From Candidatus Krumholzibacteriota bacterium (lineage in GTDB: Bacteria; Krumholzibacteriota; Krumholzibacteriia; JAJRXK01), in contig JAJRXK010000090.1 of assembly GCA_024276305.1 (NCBI GenBank), positions 42,794-106,793 of the forward strand: a stretch of DNA of 64,000 nt, in the 5' to 3' direction. Position numbers and translations under genes: made by a program. Positions 19,089 to 29,262 of this stretch are shown here, piece after piece (position 1 is the first letter of the stretch; every line of letters starts with the position of its first letter). Below the pieces are notes generated by a model, which made no database searches, had not been told where the DNA came from, and saw only the letters and a list, made by a program, of their open reading frames with translations.

Positions 19089-19974
19089 TTCGGTGGCCAC
19101 GATGGTCGGGTCGACCCCGCCGGCGGACGGCACTCCGGCCCGGAGCTCGTCCAACCTCCTCACCCGGGTCCTCGTCAGCGTACTCTTCATTCCCTGCTTC
19201 ATTCTGATCACTCTCCGGGGGGATCTCCACTATCTGTTTCTGATGGATCTGGTCATCTTCACCGGTTTGGTCGAGTTCTACGCTCTGATGTCGGGCCGCG
19301 GATTCCGGCCGGCGCGGGTGGTGGGGATCGGCTGTGGATTGGCGCTCTCGTGGTATGCCTACTTTCGCACCGGAGTGTACGGAAATTTCTTCTTGGCCCT
19401 GGCGCTGCTCCTGTTGATGACCGTGGAGTTGACCCGCAGAAGTGTGGAGGAGGCGGTCACCCGCATTGCGACGACCATCTTCGGAGTGCTCTATGTGGGG
19501 TGGCTGGGGAGCCACTTCATTCTGTTGCGGGAGCTTCCGCGGGTGGTCGGACTCGACTACGGACTCGGCGCGGACTTCGTCTTCGTGACGGTGCTGCTCA
19601 CCTGGGGCTGCGATACCGGTGCCTACGTGGTGGGTCGAAGCCTGGGCAAGCATCCCCTCTATCCACGGGTGAGTCCCAAGAAGAGCCGCGAGGGGGCTCT
19701 CGGGGGGGTGCTCTTCGCTCTCCTGGCCGGGCTCTTGGCCCAGAAGACCTTCGCGTCGGAGTGGCTCGAGCCTTCCACCGCGGTGATTCTGGCCCTGGTG
19801 GCCGCAATCGCGGGCCAAACCGGGGATTTGGTGGAATCCTTGATCAAACGAGGTTGTCAGGTCAAGGACAGCGCTTCGATCATTCCCGGGCACGGGGGCA
19901 CTCTCGATCGATTCGACAGCCTTTTCTTTTCGGCGCCCCTTCTCTACTATGCGCTGAAGTTCTTCGTTCTCTAG
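19075..19974 (+). CDS. cdsA: Phosphatidate cytidylyltransferase
   Basis: Multi-TM protein with the C-terminal CDS signature GDLVESLIKRGCQVKDSASIIPGHGGTLDRFDS. Start is uncertain; an alternative ATG lies at 19102. Confidence 0.88.
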   Translation: MVESDSVATMVGSTPPADGTPARSSSNLLTRVLVSVLFIPCFILITLRGDLHYLFLMDLVIFTGLVEFYALMSGRGFRPARVVGIGCGLALSWYAYFRTGVYGNFFLALALLLLMTVELTRRSVEEAVTRIATTIFGVLYVGWLGSHFILLRELPRVVGLDYGLGADFVFVTVLLTWGCDTGAYVVGRSLGKHPLYPRVSPKKSREGALGGVLFALLAGLLAQKTFASEWLEPSTAVILALVAAIAGQTGDLVESLIKRGCQVKDSASIIPGHGGTLDRFDSLFFSAPLLYYALKFFVL

Positions 19975-20020
19975 CCTCGCGTCCCCGCTTCTCTTCCCTT
20001 CCGGCGGCGCCCATGGACTC

Positions 20021-21205
20021 ATGACCCGACCTTCCCAAGAGATTCTGTTGCTCGGAGCCACGGGGTCGATCGGCGCGAGCACCGCGGAGTTGCTGCGTCA
20101 GCCGGACTGTCCGTTTCGGCTGGTCGGCGCGACGGCGTGGCGCAGCGGGGATGCCCTGGCCGTTCTGGCCCGGGAGTTCGGGGTGGAGGCTCTGAGTCTG
20201 GGCGATGCCGAAGCCCACGCGCAGATGCTCGACGACCATCCAGATCTTGGCGACCGTATGGTGAGTGGGGGAGTGGAGGGAGAAGTCGAGCTGCTGGAGC
20301 GCTTCCCCGAGGCGATGGTGGTCAATGGCATCGTGGGAGCCGCTGGACTGCGTCCCACTATTGCGGCGCTCGAGCGGGGAATGGACGTTGCGCTGGCCAA
20401 CAAGGAGGCCCTGGTGGTCGGGGGCGACTTGGTCCTGGCCGCCGCCGAGCGCAGTGGGGCGCGGCTGTGGCCGGTGGACAGCGAGCACTCCGCGATTGCG
20501 CAGTGCCTCCGGGGGAGCGGGCGGGAGGAAGTGGGACGCCTGTGGTTGACGGCTTCGGGTGGTCCCTTCCGGGATCGGGAGCCCGGGGACTTGGCGGGAG
20601 TGGGACTCGAGGAAGTGTTGATGCATCCCACCTGGGACATGGGTCCGAAGATCACCGTGGACTCTGCGACGATGATGAACAAGGGGCTGGAGGTGATCGA
20701 AGCGCACTTCCTCTTCCATGTCGCCTACTCCGACATCGAGGTCGTGATTCACCGGGAGTCCATCGTGCACAGCATGGTGGAATTCGTCGATGGGGCCTTC
20801 GTGGCCCAGCTCGGAGCTCCGGACATGAGGCTTCCGATCCTCTTCGCCCTCAGTCGAGGCCGGCACCGTCCCTGTCGACTCGCGCCCTGGTCGCCTCTGG
20901 ACTCTCCGTCCCTGCACTTCGAGGCGCCCTCGGCCGAGCGCTATCCCTGCCTGGGCATTGCCCGGGCGGCGGCAGAGGCCGGAGGGGCGGCTCCGATCGT
21001 GCTCAATGCGGCCAATGAGGAGGCCGTGGCGGGATTGTTGCGGGGTGAACTCCGCTTTGGCGATTTGCCCCTGATTATCGAGGGTGCTCTCGAGCGGATT
21101 CCGCTCGATGGTGTAGACTCGGTGGAGGCGGCTCTCGACCGGGACGCCGAGACCCGGCGGCTCTGCCGGGAACTCGTGCCCCAGGGCTCACGTAGACCCT
21201 CCTAA
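20021..21205 (+). CDS. dxr: 1-deoxy-D-xylulose 5-phosphate reductoisomerase
   Basis: LLLGATGSIGASTAEL, ANKEALV, PVDSEHSAIAQCL, ASGGPFR are the Dxr motifs. Confidence 0.92.
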   Translation: MTRPSQEILLLGATGSIGASTAELLRQPDCPFRLVGATAWRSGDALAVLAREFGVEALSLGDAEAHAQMLDDHPDLGDRMVSGGVEGEVELLERFPEAMVVNGIVGAAGLRPTIAALERGMDVALANKEALVVGGDLVLAAAERSGARLWPVDSEHSAIAQCLRGSGREEVGRLWLTASGGPFRDREPGDLAGVGLEEVLMHPTWDMGPKITVDSATMMNKGLEVIEAHFLFHVAYSDIEVVIHRESIVHSMVEFVDGAFVAQLGAPDMRLPILFALSRGRHRPCRLAPWSPLDSPSLHFEAPSAERYPCLGIARAAAEAGGAAPIVLNAANEEAVAGLLRGELRFGDLPLIIEGALERIPLDGVDSVEAALDRDAETRRLCRELVPQGSRRPS

Positions 21206-21286
21206 CGGGGCGATTTTTGCTGAGGCCGTCGGGGGACGGCAACTCCGGGCCCGTGGCTGGGCTCGACCCTTCGACCAAGGAACACG

Positions 21287-22657
21287 ATGGATTTTCTCCA
21301 GACTCTTCTCGCCTTCTTCTTCGTCCTCGGGGCTGTCGTGGTGCTTCACGAAATGGGGCACTTCCTGGTGGCCAAGTCCGTGGGCATCTACTGCAAGACC
21401 TTTTCGGTGGGTTTCGGTCCCCGGATCTTCCGACGCCAGTGGGGAGAGACCGAGTATCAGATCGCGGCGATTCCCTTCGGGGGCTTCGTCAAGATGGCGG
21501 GGGAAGGGGCGTTGGAAGAGCTTCAGGACGTGGGCAGCTCCGGCAGCGGCCTCGACATCGCGCCCGATGGCCAGCCCATCCCTCCCGATCGCTACTTCCT
21601 GAACAAGACTCCCTGGCAGCGTCTCGCGGTGATCGTGGCCGGGCCACTCATGAATCTGGTCCTGGCGTTGGTGGTGCTGGTCGGGCTCTACGTGGTGCAG
21701 GGCGTCGAGGACATCCCGGCCAACCGGGTCGGGACTGTGGTGGAAGGCAGCGCCGCGGATCGAGCCGGCATCGAAGTCGGCGATCGTTTGGTGGAAATCG
21801 GCGGAGAGACTTTCGACTACTGGTATTCGGGTCTGCAGACCCTCGTCGAGGACTACGAGAGTCGTGGCGCGCCGGTGCCCATCACTCTCGAACGCAGTGG
21901 GGAAATGCTGCGGGTCGATCTCGAGCCCGAACGGATCGAGGGGCGTTGGTCGGTCGGCATGCGCTACCAGGCGGATCCTCGGGTGGGTAATGTGAAGCAG
22001 GGTGGGCCGGCCTGGAAGGCGGGGCTCCGGCGTGGCGATGTCATCCTGGCCATCGATGGAGAGCCCATCACCACCTATTCGCAGATCGTCGAGAAGGTGC
22101 ACGCGAGCATCGACACTCCTCTCGAGTTCAGATGGTTGCACGAGGGCGAGGAGCGGAGCGCGGCGGTCACTCCGCAGAAGGCGACGGTTCCGGTTTCGCT
22201 CGCGGAAACCGAGGTCGTGGGACGGGTCTATTTCGAGGAGTATCGGGAATCGATTTCTCTGCCCTTCACCACCGCGGTGGCGATGGGGACCCGGACCACC
22301 TGGGGGATGGTGGAGCAAACCGCTTCGTTCCTGAAGACCCTGGTGACGAAAGGAGCGTCCAAGGATTCCGTGAGCGGCCCTCTGCGGATCGCGCAATTCT
22401 CGGGAGAGATGTCGCGCTGGGGATTCGATTACCTGCTGCGCTTCCTCGCTCTCTTCAGCGTGAATCTCTTCCTGCTCAACCTCCTGCCCGTGCCCGTCCT
22501 CGACGGGGGGCATGCCGTATTCATCATTTATGAACTCGTTCTGCGGCGCCCAGCCAACCAGCGCGTGCAGGCAACCGCAACCCAGGTCGGCTTCGTGGCG
22601 CTCATGCTCTTGATGGCGTGGGTGGTGACCATGGACTTGATCAGCGTGGTGAGCTAG
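21287..22657 (+). CDS. rseP: RIP zinc metalloprotease RseP (site-2 protease) with PDZ domains
   Basis: HEMGHFLVAK (HExxH in TM1), PDZ segments, and a C-terminal LDGG motif. Confidence 0.9.
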   Translation: MDFLQTLLAFFFVLGAVVVLHEMGHFLVAKSVGIYCKTFSVGFGPRIFRRQWGETEYQIAAIPFGGFVKMAGEGALEELQDVGSSGSGLDIAPDGQPIPPDRYFLNKTPWQRLAVIVAGPLMNLVLALVVLVGLYVVQGVEDIPANRVGTVVEGSAADRAGIEVGDRLVEIGGETFDYWYSGLQTLVEDYESRGAPVPITLERSGEMLRVDLEPERIEGRWSVGMRYQADPRVGNVKQGGPAWKAGLRRGDVILAIDGEPITTYSQIVEKVHASIDTPLEFRWLHEGEERSAAVTPQKATVPVSLAETEVVGRVYFEEYRESISLPFTTAVAMGTRTTWGMVEQTASFLKTLVTKGASKDSVSGPLRIAQFSGEMSRWGFDYLLRFLALFSVNLFLLNLLPVPVLDGGHAVFIIYELVLRRPANQRVQATATQVGFVALMLLMAWVVTMDLISVVS

Positions 22658-22687
22658 TCCTCTCCCGGGGGGCGTGCTCGCGCGCCC

Positions 22688-23104
22688 TCAGTCCGGAGAG
22701 GCATCCCCTGAAGATTCCGAGAAAGTCTGGGGAGTTCCGGGCGGGAAGATCCGATCCCGCAGGGCTTCCAGGCTGTCGTGGATTGCGGCCAGGACGGCGG
22801 CGCCCCTCGGCGTGTCTTCGGCCAGTCGATCGAGGAGTGCTTCTCTCTGCGCTTCGTCGTAGAGTGAGGGCAGAGCGGCAAGGAGAGAATCCGCAAGCTG
22901 CGGATCCCGGGTGCGTTCCACTCGGATTCGAGCCAGTTCGACCGTCTCGTTCACGAGGCGTTGTTCTGCGGTGTCGAGCTTCACGGTCCGTTCGCGAGGA
23001 GATTCGCAGGCCACGAGGGCCAGGAGGGCCAGGAGGGTCCAGGCAACGAGGAAGGGGTCGCGGGCGGTTCCTTTCGGTGGGCAGGGATGGACATAGCGGA
23101 ACAT
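22688..23104 (-). CDS. Hypothetical small lipoprotein, about 138 aa
   Basis: Minus-strand ORF with N-terminal signal MFRYVHPCPPKGTARDPFLVAWTLLALLALVAC (lipobox LVAC). Helical, balanced composition with GC3-biased codons. No plausible plus-strand ORF fills the 445-nt rseP-bamA gap. The ATG chosen is the internal Met of track ORF 22688..23269. Confidence 0.45.
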   Translation of the reverse strand: MFRYVHPCPPKGTARDPFLVAWTLLALLALVACESPRERTVKLDTAEQRLVNETVELARIRVERTRDPQLADSLLAALPSLYDEAQREALLDRLAEDTPRGAAVLAAIHDSLEALRDRIFPPGTPQTFSESSGDASPD

Positions 23105-25205
23105 GCAGCACCAACTCGGCAGACACGTGGCAATGGCGAACACCTCGGAGCTTAAGCCCGTCCCGAGATCGTGTCGAGGGGCCGCTCGACGCGGCGCTCG
23201 GCGGAAGAGCTGGAGACTGCTCGGGTTCCTGACGATCCTGCTGACCGCCGGTCCCTTTGCCACCGCCAATGCCGACGAAGAACTCGATTGGGGCTTCGAT
23301 CAACGGGCATTGGACCGGATCGAATTCGAGGGCAATGAGGCTTTCTCGGACCCTCAACTGCGGAAGTTCTTTCTCGTGGACCACGCTCCCTGGTACGACA
23401 TCTTCGGTCGGGATCGCTACCGGACGGACCAGCTGCGTCAGGGCGTCGAAACCCTGCGAAACTTCTATCGCAGCCAGGGATTCCACCGCGCCGAAGTGAG
23501 TCTCGATCACATCGACGAGAGAGATGTTGGCGGCGATGTGGTCGTGGTTCGAGTGGTGGAAGGTCCTCAGACTCGGGTCGAGAGCGTCGACTTCGTCCAC
23601 CCGGATCCGCTCACCGCCGAGGAACTCGGCGCCCGGGTGAAGATTCACCCCGGGGGGCCGGCGCCCGCCGGTCGGGCCGGATTGGGAGGGGACCTCTACC
23701 GCATTCTCGACGCCTATCTCGTCCGGGGGCATCTCGGCGCGAGGGTGCAGGACGAGATCACCTTGGGGGATTCCACGGCCACGATCGTCTACACCATTCG
23801 TGCGGGGCCGGTCTATCAGGTGCGGCAGGTTCTCGTCGAGGGACAGAGAAAGACACGGCGGGAGCACATCGAGCGAGAGCTGAAGATCCACGCGGGGGAT
23901 CCCTTCGATGCCACGAAGATCGCGAGGACCGAAGCGGAGCTCCTGGACTTGGGATTGTTCCGCGACGTCAGCTTCCGGCCTGCGAACTTGGACAGCGCGG
24001 CGGCCCAAGCGGATCTGGTGGTGACGGTCGTCGAAAGAGAGACCGGATTCTACGAGCTCGGCCTGGGGACCGGTGACGAGGAGAGGGTGCGGCTCAGCGC
24101 AGCCTGGGGAGATCGGAATGTCCGAAGGAGTGGACGATCGATCACTGTGCGGGGACGGCTGGCTCTGGTGGGAGAGAATCGTTTCGACAATGTTCGCAGC
24201 GACGAATACAACCTCGACCATCGCGAGGAGATTCTCTACCGCAGTCCGCGTTTTCTGGGGACGCGCTTCGATCTCAATCTCAACACCTTCTTCCGCAAGG
24301 AGTCGAGACCTCGGTCGGGAGTGGAACTCCAACGCTGGGGATTGCTCGCGAACACCGTTCTGTACTCGCGTCCTTCGACCTCGATTGCTCTCGAAGGGGG
24401 CGTCGAGAACGTGCTTCGTCTGCCCCTGGGAAATGTCGCCAGCGCCAGCGACTTCTTTCCCAACCGTCGTGCGCAGACCCGGGCGGTGAGCCTGGTGATC
24501 ACCAGCGACAGCCGGGACGACTTCTTCGACCCCCGCAAGGGCAGCGAGCGACAGTTGCTGTTGCAGCTGGCAGGGGGGCCGTGGTTCGGTGGCGACAACA
24601 CCTTCAACAAGGCTCTCGCGAGCTGGACTCGCTTCGTCCCTCTTCCGAGGGGAGTGACCCTGGGTCTGCGGGCCCAGATGGGATGGGCGGAGGCCTGGTG
24701 GAGTTCGAAGAGCGACGGAGTTCCCTTCGAGGACCGTTTCTTCGCGGGGGGCAACCGCAGTGTGAGGGGATACCAGGAGAATTCCCTGGGCCCGAGAGCG
24801 ACGGTTCAGGATATCCAGGATGTGGCCGACGAGACCTTCTTGGCCAATCGTCCGACCGCGGGAGGGGGTGCGCTTCTGCTCAGCAATGCCGAACTGCGCT
24901 TCCCCGTCCCCCTCTTCGGACGATGGGGGTTTTCGGCGGCGATTTTTCTCGACGGGGGCAATGTCTGGGAGAATTGGGGAAAGGTGTCGCTCCGTCAGTT
25001 CAGCCTGTCGAAGTCGAGGGAAGAGACCACGGTGCGGGACTACCGTTTGAGCTACGGCCTCGGCGTGCTCTACAATACTCTGGTCGGGCCCTTGCGTCTC
25101 GACTACGGCGTGCCACTGCATCGGGCCTCCTTCGAGGATGTCGAGGGCAATCGCGAAGTCGACCCATCCCACCTCTGGCATTTCTCTCTGGGACACGCGT
25201 TCTAG
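23103..25205 (+). CDS. bamA: Outer membrane protein assembly factor BamA (Omp85)
   Basis: Signal peptide ...WRLLGFLTILLTAGPFATANA, POTRA-like repeats, barrel motifs FFAGGNRSVRGYQENSLGP and AIFLDGGNVWE, C-terminal ...HFSLGHAF. Start is uncertain (ATG 23103 or ATG 23133). Confidence 0.85.
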   Translation: MQHQLGRHVAMANTSELKPVPRSCRGAARRGARRKSWRLLGFLTILLTAGPFATANADEELDWGFDQRALDRIEFEGNEAFSDPQLRKFFLVDHAPWYDIFGRDRYRTDQLRQGVETLRNFYRSQGFHRAEVSLDHIDERDVGGDVVVVRVVEGPQTRVESVDFVHPDPLTAEELGARVKIHPGGPAPAGRAGLGGDLYRILDAYLVRGHLGARVQDEITLGDSTATIVYTIRAGPVYQVRQVLVEGQRKTRREHIERELKIHAGDPFDATKIARTEAELLDLGLFRDVSFRPANLDSAAAQADLVVTVVERETGFYELGLGTGDEERVRLSAAWGDRNVRRSGRSITVRGRLALVGENRFDNVRSDEYNLDHREEILYRSPRFLGTRFDLNLNTFFRKESRPRSGVELQRWGLLANTVLYSRPSTSIALEGGVENVLRLPLGNVASASDFFPNRRAQTRAVSLVITSDSRDDFFDPRKGSERQLLLQLAGGPWFGGDNTFNKALASWTRFVPLPRGVTLGLRAQMGWAEAWWSSKSDGVPFEDRFFAGGNRSVRGYQENSLGPRATVQDIQDVADETFLANRPTAGGGALLLSNAELRFPVPLFGRWGFSAAIFLDGGNVWENWGKVSLRQFSLSKSREETTVRDYRLSYGLGVLYNTLVGPLRLDYGVPLHRASFEDVEGNREVDPSHLWHFSLGHAF

Positions 25206-28200
25206 ATGGCATGGATCCGTCGCACCCGGGTGACTCTCCTCGTGGGCCTGCTTCTGGCGCTCGCGACTCTGGCGTGGCTGGTGGCGCATCCGTCCATCTA
25301 CTCCGGACAACTCGGTCGGATCATCACTGACAATCTGCTCCGCAAGTCCGGAGCAGCTCTGACCTTCGAGAGTCTCGACGGGAATCCTCTCCGAAATCTG
25401 ACCTTTCACACCGTCTCGTTGACCCGTTCGTCCGAGGATGGGAGCTTCGTCTATCTCACTGCGGACAGCCTGTCCATCGACTATGACCTGCGATCCTTCT
25501 TCACTCCCTCCCCTCATCTACGCTCCTTGGTTCTGGGCCCGGCCCAACTCCTGGTGCGTCGGCCCGCCGGAGACGATCCGGTACGCGAGGCGTCGGGTGT
25601 CCGCCTCTTCGATGCTTCGGTCCAAGTGGACTATGCCCGTCTCGATCACCTCGAGGTCTCGGTGACCGAATCTTCCGGCGATCAGCTCGACGGCTGGGAG
25701 GACATCCAGTGGGTGGGGTCCGTGCGGACGGGGCTGGATCACAGCGTCCAGATCCACACCGCTCGTCTGGCGGGACGATGGGGAAGAAGGGATCTCACCC
25801 TGCACCGCGCCAGTTTCGACGCGGTGATCCGCGGGCGTGAGGTGCAGGTGAAGACGGCGGCGGTGCGGCTCGACAGCACGCTGGTCGACTTCGATCTGGA
25901 CCTCACCCGGTCGGTGGGCGGGGGCGTGGACCGTTTCGTCCTCGAGGCAAGGGCGGAGGCTTTCTCCCTCAACGAGATCCTCCGGCTGTTGGGGAAGGAT
26001 CCCGGTCCGCGTCTGAGCCTGCAGGGGAAGGCGCGGCTCGACTATTCGAATCGGGTCCTGCGCCTCGGAGGAGCGGTGGAAGGATGGTTGGGAAGCTATC
26101 CCCTCTCGGCGAGGTCCTTCGAGGCCTCGGTGGATTCCACCGGGCTGCACCTCGCCAGGGCGGAGGGGACCTTCCTCTCCGCGGTGGGGGAGGTCCGCGG
26201 GGACCTGGACCTGCAATCGGGACTTCTGAGTCTGGAGGGGGGCTTCTCGGGGGCGGATCTCTCCGATCCCTGGGTCCCGACGGGCCGCCGTTGGCCCGCC
26301 TGTCGCCTCGGTGGCCGGGTGAAGATGGAGCTCAATGCCCGTCCTCCTCTGAGGCTGGACCTCGAGTTGTCCCGGCTTCGCGGTGACATCGTGGGGTTGC
26401 CCGTGGACTCCGCCCGCACCCGACTCCGTTTCCGGGAGGGAGAGGGTCTGGAGATCCTCTCCGGCCGCGCTCGGATTCTGGGCACCGGCTTCGCGATCAC
26501 CGGCTCCGTGGATGCCCTCGACCGCGCCGAAATGGCCATCACCCTCGAGGGATCGGATTCGAAGCCCTGGCAGGATCGCTTCGACTTGCCTCTTCGGGCC
26601 GAGGACTACACCGCGGTGGCTCGCATTTCGGGGGTCGTCGATTCCCTTGCCCTGAGGGTGGGTGGGGTTGCGGCACGTTTGAACGGTCCCTCGGTCCGAA
26701 GCGAGGACAATGCCTTCGTGGTCGACTTGCCGCGGGTCGCCGATCTCAGCCGGGCCCGAGGGCAGTTGCGGGCGGGGCGATCCCGGATCCGGGGCTTCGA
26801 CGGTGGAGAAGTTCGGATCGATTTCGAGAGAGAGGGTGATCGGCTGCGGGTCGAGCCCATGCAGCTCTCCCTGTCGGACTCCGTCCTGCGATGGACGGGA
26901 GCGGTGGATTGGTCGCGGGGCACGCCCACGGTAGAGCTCGACTCCCTCGAATTCAGGACTTCCGCTCAGCACTGGTGGTTGGAGGAGGCATCTCGGGTCG
27001 ATCTCTTTGCCGATGGATTGCGCACCGAGGGTCTTCGGTTGCGCAGCGAGGCGGGCCGGCTGCAGATGGTGGGAAGCGCCCGGATAGATGCGAATCTCAG
27101 CCTCCGTCTCGGCGTCGAAGATGGCGACCTGGCTTCTCTCCACCGCCTGGGACTCCTCACCACCGCCGCTTCGGGCCATTTCGACGCGGATCTGGAATTC
27201 GGGGGGAGCCTGGACCGGCTCCTGGCTCGGGTCCGCGTCGAGGTGGCGGACGCGGAGGTCGGAGGTCGGTCCCTGGGACAGGGTCGCTTCGAGGCCCGCG
27301 TCGAGGGACGAGAGGTGTTTCTGGACCGGGTATCGGTGCGAGGCGGATTGGGGGGACTGGAGGTCGCGGGAAGAGTGACGACCCCGGCGGACGATTGGCC
27401 TCGGACCCTGGTGAACACTCCGCAGGCCTTGGGCGACCTCTGGAAACAGTCCGTGCTGGACCTCAGCGTGGTGACCGACACCCTGGCCACGGCTCCACTC
27501 CTCGACCCCGCGGCGGCGCGGCGGCGATTCGGCCTGGTCTCCTCGGACCTTCAGCTGCGGGGGACTCCGCTGCACCCTCGCCTGGTCGGCGACTTGGACA
27601 TCCGGAGGATCGAGACCTCCGCCCTGGTGGTGCCTCGTCTGCGCGCGCGCATCGAGAGCGACGAGCGGGGAGTTCATGTGGGACAGGGCAGCCTGGGAGT
27701 GGAGAAGCCCTGGCTGGAGGTGGCGGGCTACTTGCCCCTCGACCTCTCGCTGGCGGGCGCGCCGCACTGGAATGCCGCCGACGGCCTGCAGTTGCGGATC
27801 TGGTCGCCGTCGGAGGTCGACTTGGCTCCCCTGATGGATTTCTGGCCTCTGGCGAGAGCCGTCCGTGGTCGCGGCGACTTCGAATTCGTCGCGGTGGGCG
27901 ATCCCAGCGCTCCGCAGCTCTCGGGCACCATCGAATTGCACGATGTGGAGCTGGGTCTGCGGGGTTGGTCGGAGAGCCTGCGCGAGGGTCAGCTGGAAGC
28001 CCATTTCGAAGGCAATCGACTGGTGATCGATCGCCTCGAAGCCCGGGAGGGCGCAAAGGGGAGAGTGCAGGCCCACGGTGAAGTGATTTTTCGGGGGTTG
28101 TTGCCCGATGATGTCTGGGCCGATTTCCGCCTCCACCGGGTGCTCCTGGCCAGCGTCCCCTATTTGCGAGCGGTGGGGAGCAGTGACGGCCTGCGTCTGC

Positions 28201-29096
28201 GTCTCGCACGTCCGAGCCCCGACGCACCTCGAGCTCCTCACCTCACGGGGACGGTGCAGGTGGACAAAGCCATCTACACCGGCGAATTCGCTTCTGGAGG
28301 CGGGGCGGAGTTCTTCGGACCGAATCTGACGCCGCAGTGGACCGCAGATCTGGCCATCCACGCCCGTGAGCAGGTGCGAATCAGCAACCAGAGCGCCGAG
28401 TTGCGGGTGCTCGGAGATGTGGACCTCATTCGCGACACCGCGGGTTTGCGATTCCGGGGAACGGCCGAAATCCCGCGGGGCCAGGTGCCTCTCTTCAACA
28501 ATGATTTCAACATTCTCTCCGGAACCCTCGATTTCAGCCGTCGTCCGGTCGAACCCGAAGTCGACATCACCGCCGAAACCGAGGTTCCGATTTACGATCC
28601 GGGGGAAGGGGGAGGTCGCCAGCTCGAGCGGATCACCATCCATCTCACGGGAACCTTCGCTCAGCCCACGGTGACCTTCACCAGCGAGAATGGCCTGGAC
28701 GAGAACAGCATTCTGCGCTTGCTCGCCGGTTTTGGAGGGCCCAGCGAATCCACCACCGTTTCCTCGGGGGTCTCCGATGTGGGACTGCGCGCGGGATTGA
28801 ACTTTCTCGAGCGGGCTCTGGCGCAGAGAGTGCGAGGGGTGGACACCATCGACATCGAGACCGAAGAAGTCGGAGTGTCCCAAATGCAGTCCACGCGCAT
28901 CGCGGTGGGGAAATACCTGTCGGAGAGCCTCTACCTTCGGTTGAGTCAGGGACTGTCGATCACCGAGCGGGACCTCTTCCTCGAATACCAGATTTCTCGC
29001 CGGCTCCTGTTCACGAGTGAATTGAGGCGCAGACTCCGGGAGAATGGGGCCGAGAACCAATTCAATGTGGACATGAAGTTCCGGGTGAAGTACTGA
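25206..29096 (+). CDS. tamB: TamB / AsmA-like translocation and assembly module protein (DUF490 C-terminus)
   Basis: 1,296 aa. N-terminal TM anchor LLVGLLLALATLAWLV, long beta-rich repetitive body, and DUF490-like C-terminus ...ERDLFLEYQISRRLLFTSEL...FNVDMKFRVKY. ATG directly abuts the bamA stop (TAGATG). Confidence 0.8.
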   Translation: MAWIRRTRVTLLVGLLLALATLAWLVAHPSIYSGQLGRIITDNLLRKSGAALTFESLDGNPLRNLTFHTVSLTRSSEDGSFVYLTADSLSIDYDLRSFFTPSPHLRSLVLGPAQLLVRRPAGDDPVREASGVRLFDASVQVDYARLDHLEVSVTESSGDQLDGWEDIQWVGSVRTGLDHSVQIHTARLAGRWGRRDLTLHRASFDAVIRGREVQVKTAAVRLDSTLVDFDLDLTRSVGGGVDRFVLEARAEAFSLNEILRLLGKDPGPRLSLQGKARLDYSNRVLRLGGAVEGWLGSYPLSARSFEASVDSTGLHLARAEGTFLSAVGEVRGDLDLQSGLLSLEGGFSGADLSDPWVPTGRRWPACRLGGRVKMELNARPPLRLDLELSRLRGDIVGLPVDSARTRLRFREGEGLEILSGRARILGTGFAITGSVDALDRAEMAITLEGSDSKPWQDRFDLPLRAEDYTAVARISGVVDSLALRVGGVAARLNGPSVRSEDNAFVVDLPRVADLSRARGQLRAGRSRIRGFDGGEVRIDFEREGDRLRVEPMQLSLSDSVLRWTGAVDWSRGTPTVELDSLEFRTSAQHWWLEEASRVDLFADGLRTEGLRLRSEAGRLQMVGSARIDANLSLRLGVEDGDLASLHRLGLLTTAASGHFDADLEFGGSLDRLLARVRVEVADAEVGGRSLGQGRFEARVEGREVFLDRVSVRGGLGGLEVAGRVTTPADDWPRTLVNTPQALGDLWKQSVLDLSVVTDTLATAPLLDPAAARRRFGLVSSDLQLRGTPLHPRLVGDLDIRRIETSALVVPRLRARIESDERGVHVGQGSLGVEKPWLEVAGYLPLDLSLAGAPHWNAADGLQLRIWSPSEVDLAPLMDFWPLARAVRGRGDFEFVAVGDPSAPQLSGTIELHDVELGLRGWSESLREGQLEAHFEGNRLVIDRLEAREGAKGRVQAHGEVIFRGLLPDDVWADFRLHRVLLASVPYLRAVGSSDGLRLRLARPSPDAPRAPHLTGTVQVDKAIYTGEFASGGGAEFFGPNLTPQWTADLAIHAREQVRISNQSAELRVLGDVDLIRDTAGLRFRGTAEIPRGQVPLFNNDFNILSGTLDFSRRPVEPEVDITAETEVPIYDPGEGGGRQLERITIHLTGTFAQPTVTFTSENGLDENSILRLLAGFGGPSESTTVSSGVSDVGLRAGLNFLERALAQRVRGVDTIDIETEEVGVSQMQSTRIAVGKYLSESLYLRLSQGLSITERDLFLEYQISRRLLFTSELRRRLRENGAENQFNVDMKFRVKY

Positions 29097-29262
29097 CCCT
29101 CCCCGATGCGGAGGGGTGGAGAGCGACGCGGCATGTGAACAAGAGACCGGAGATTTGACCGGCCCCGGCCGAGTCCAGTATCCTTGTTGCAGATACGGAC
29201 GCTTCCCATCCTCGCCGCTTTCGCGCCCGGTTGCCTGCATCGCCCCCGAGACAGGACTCGTG

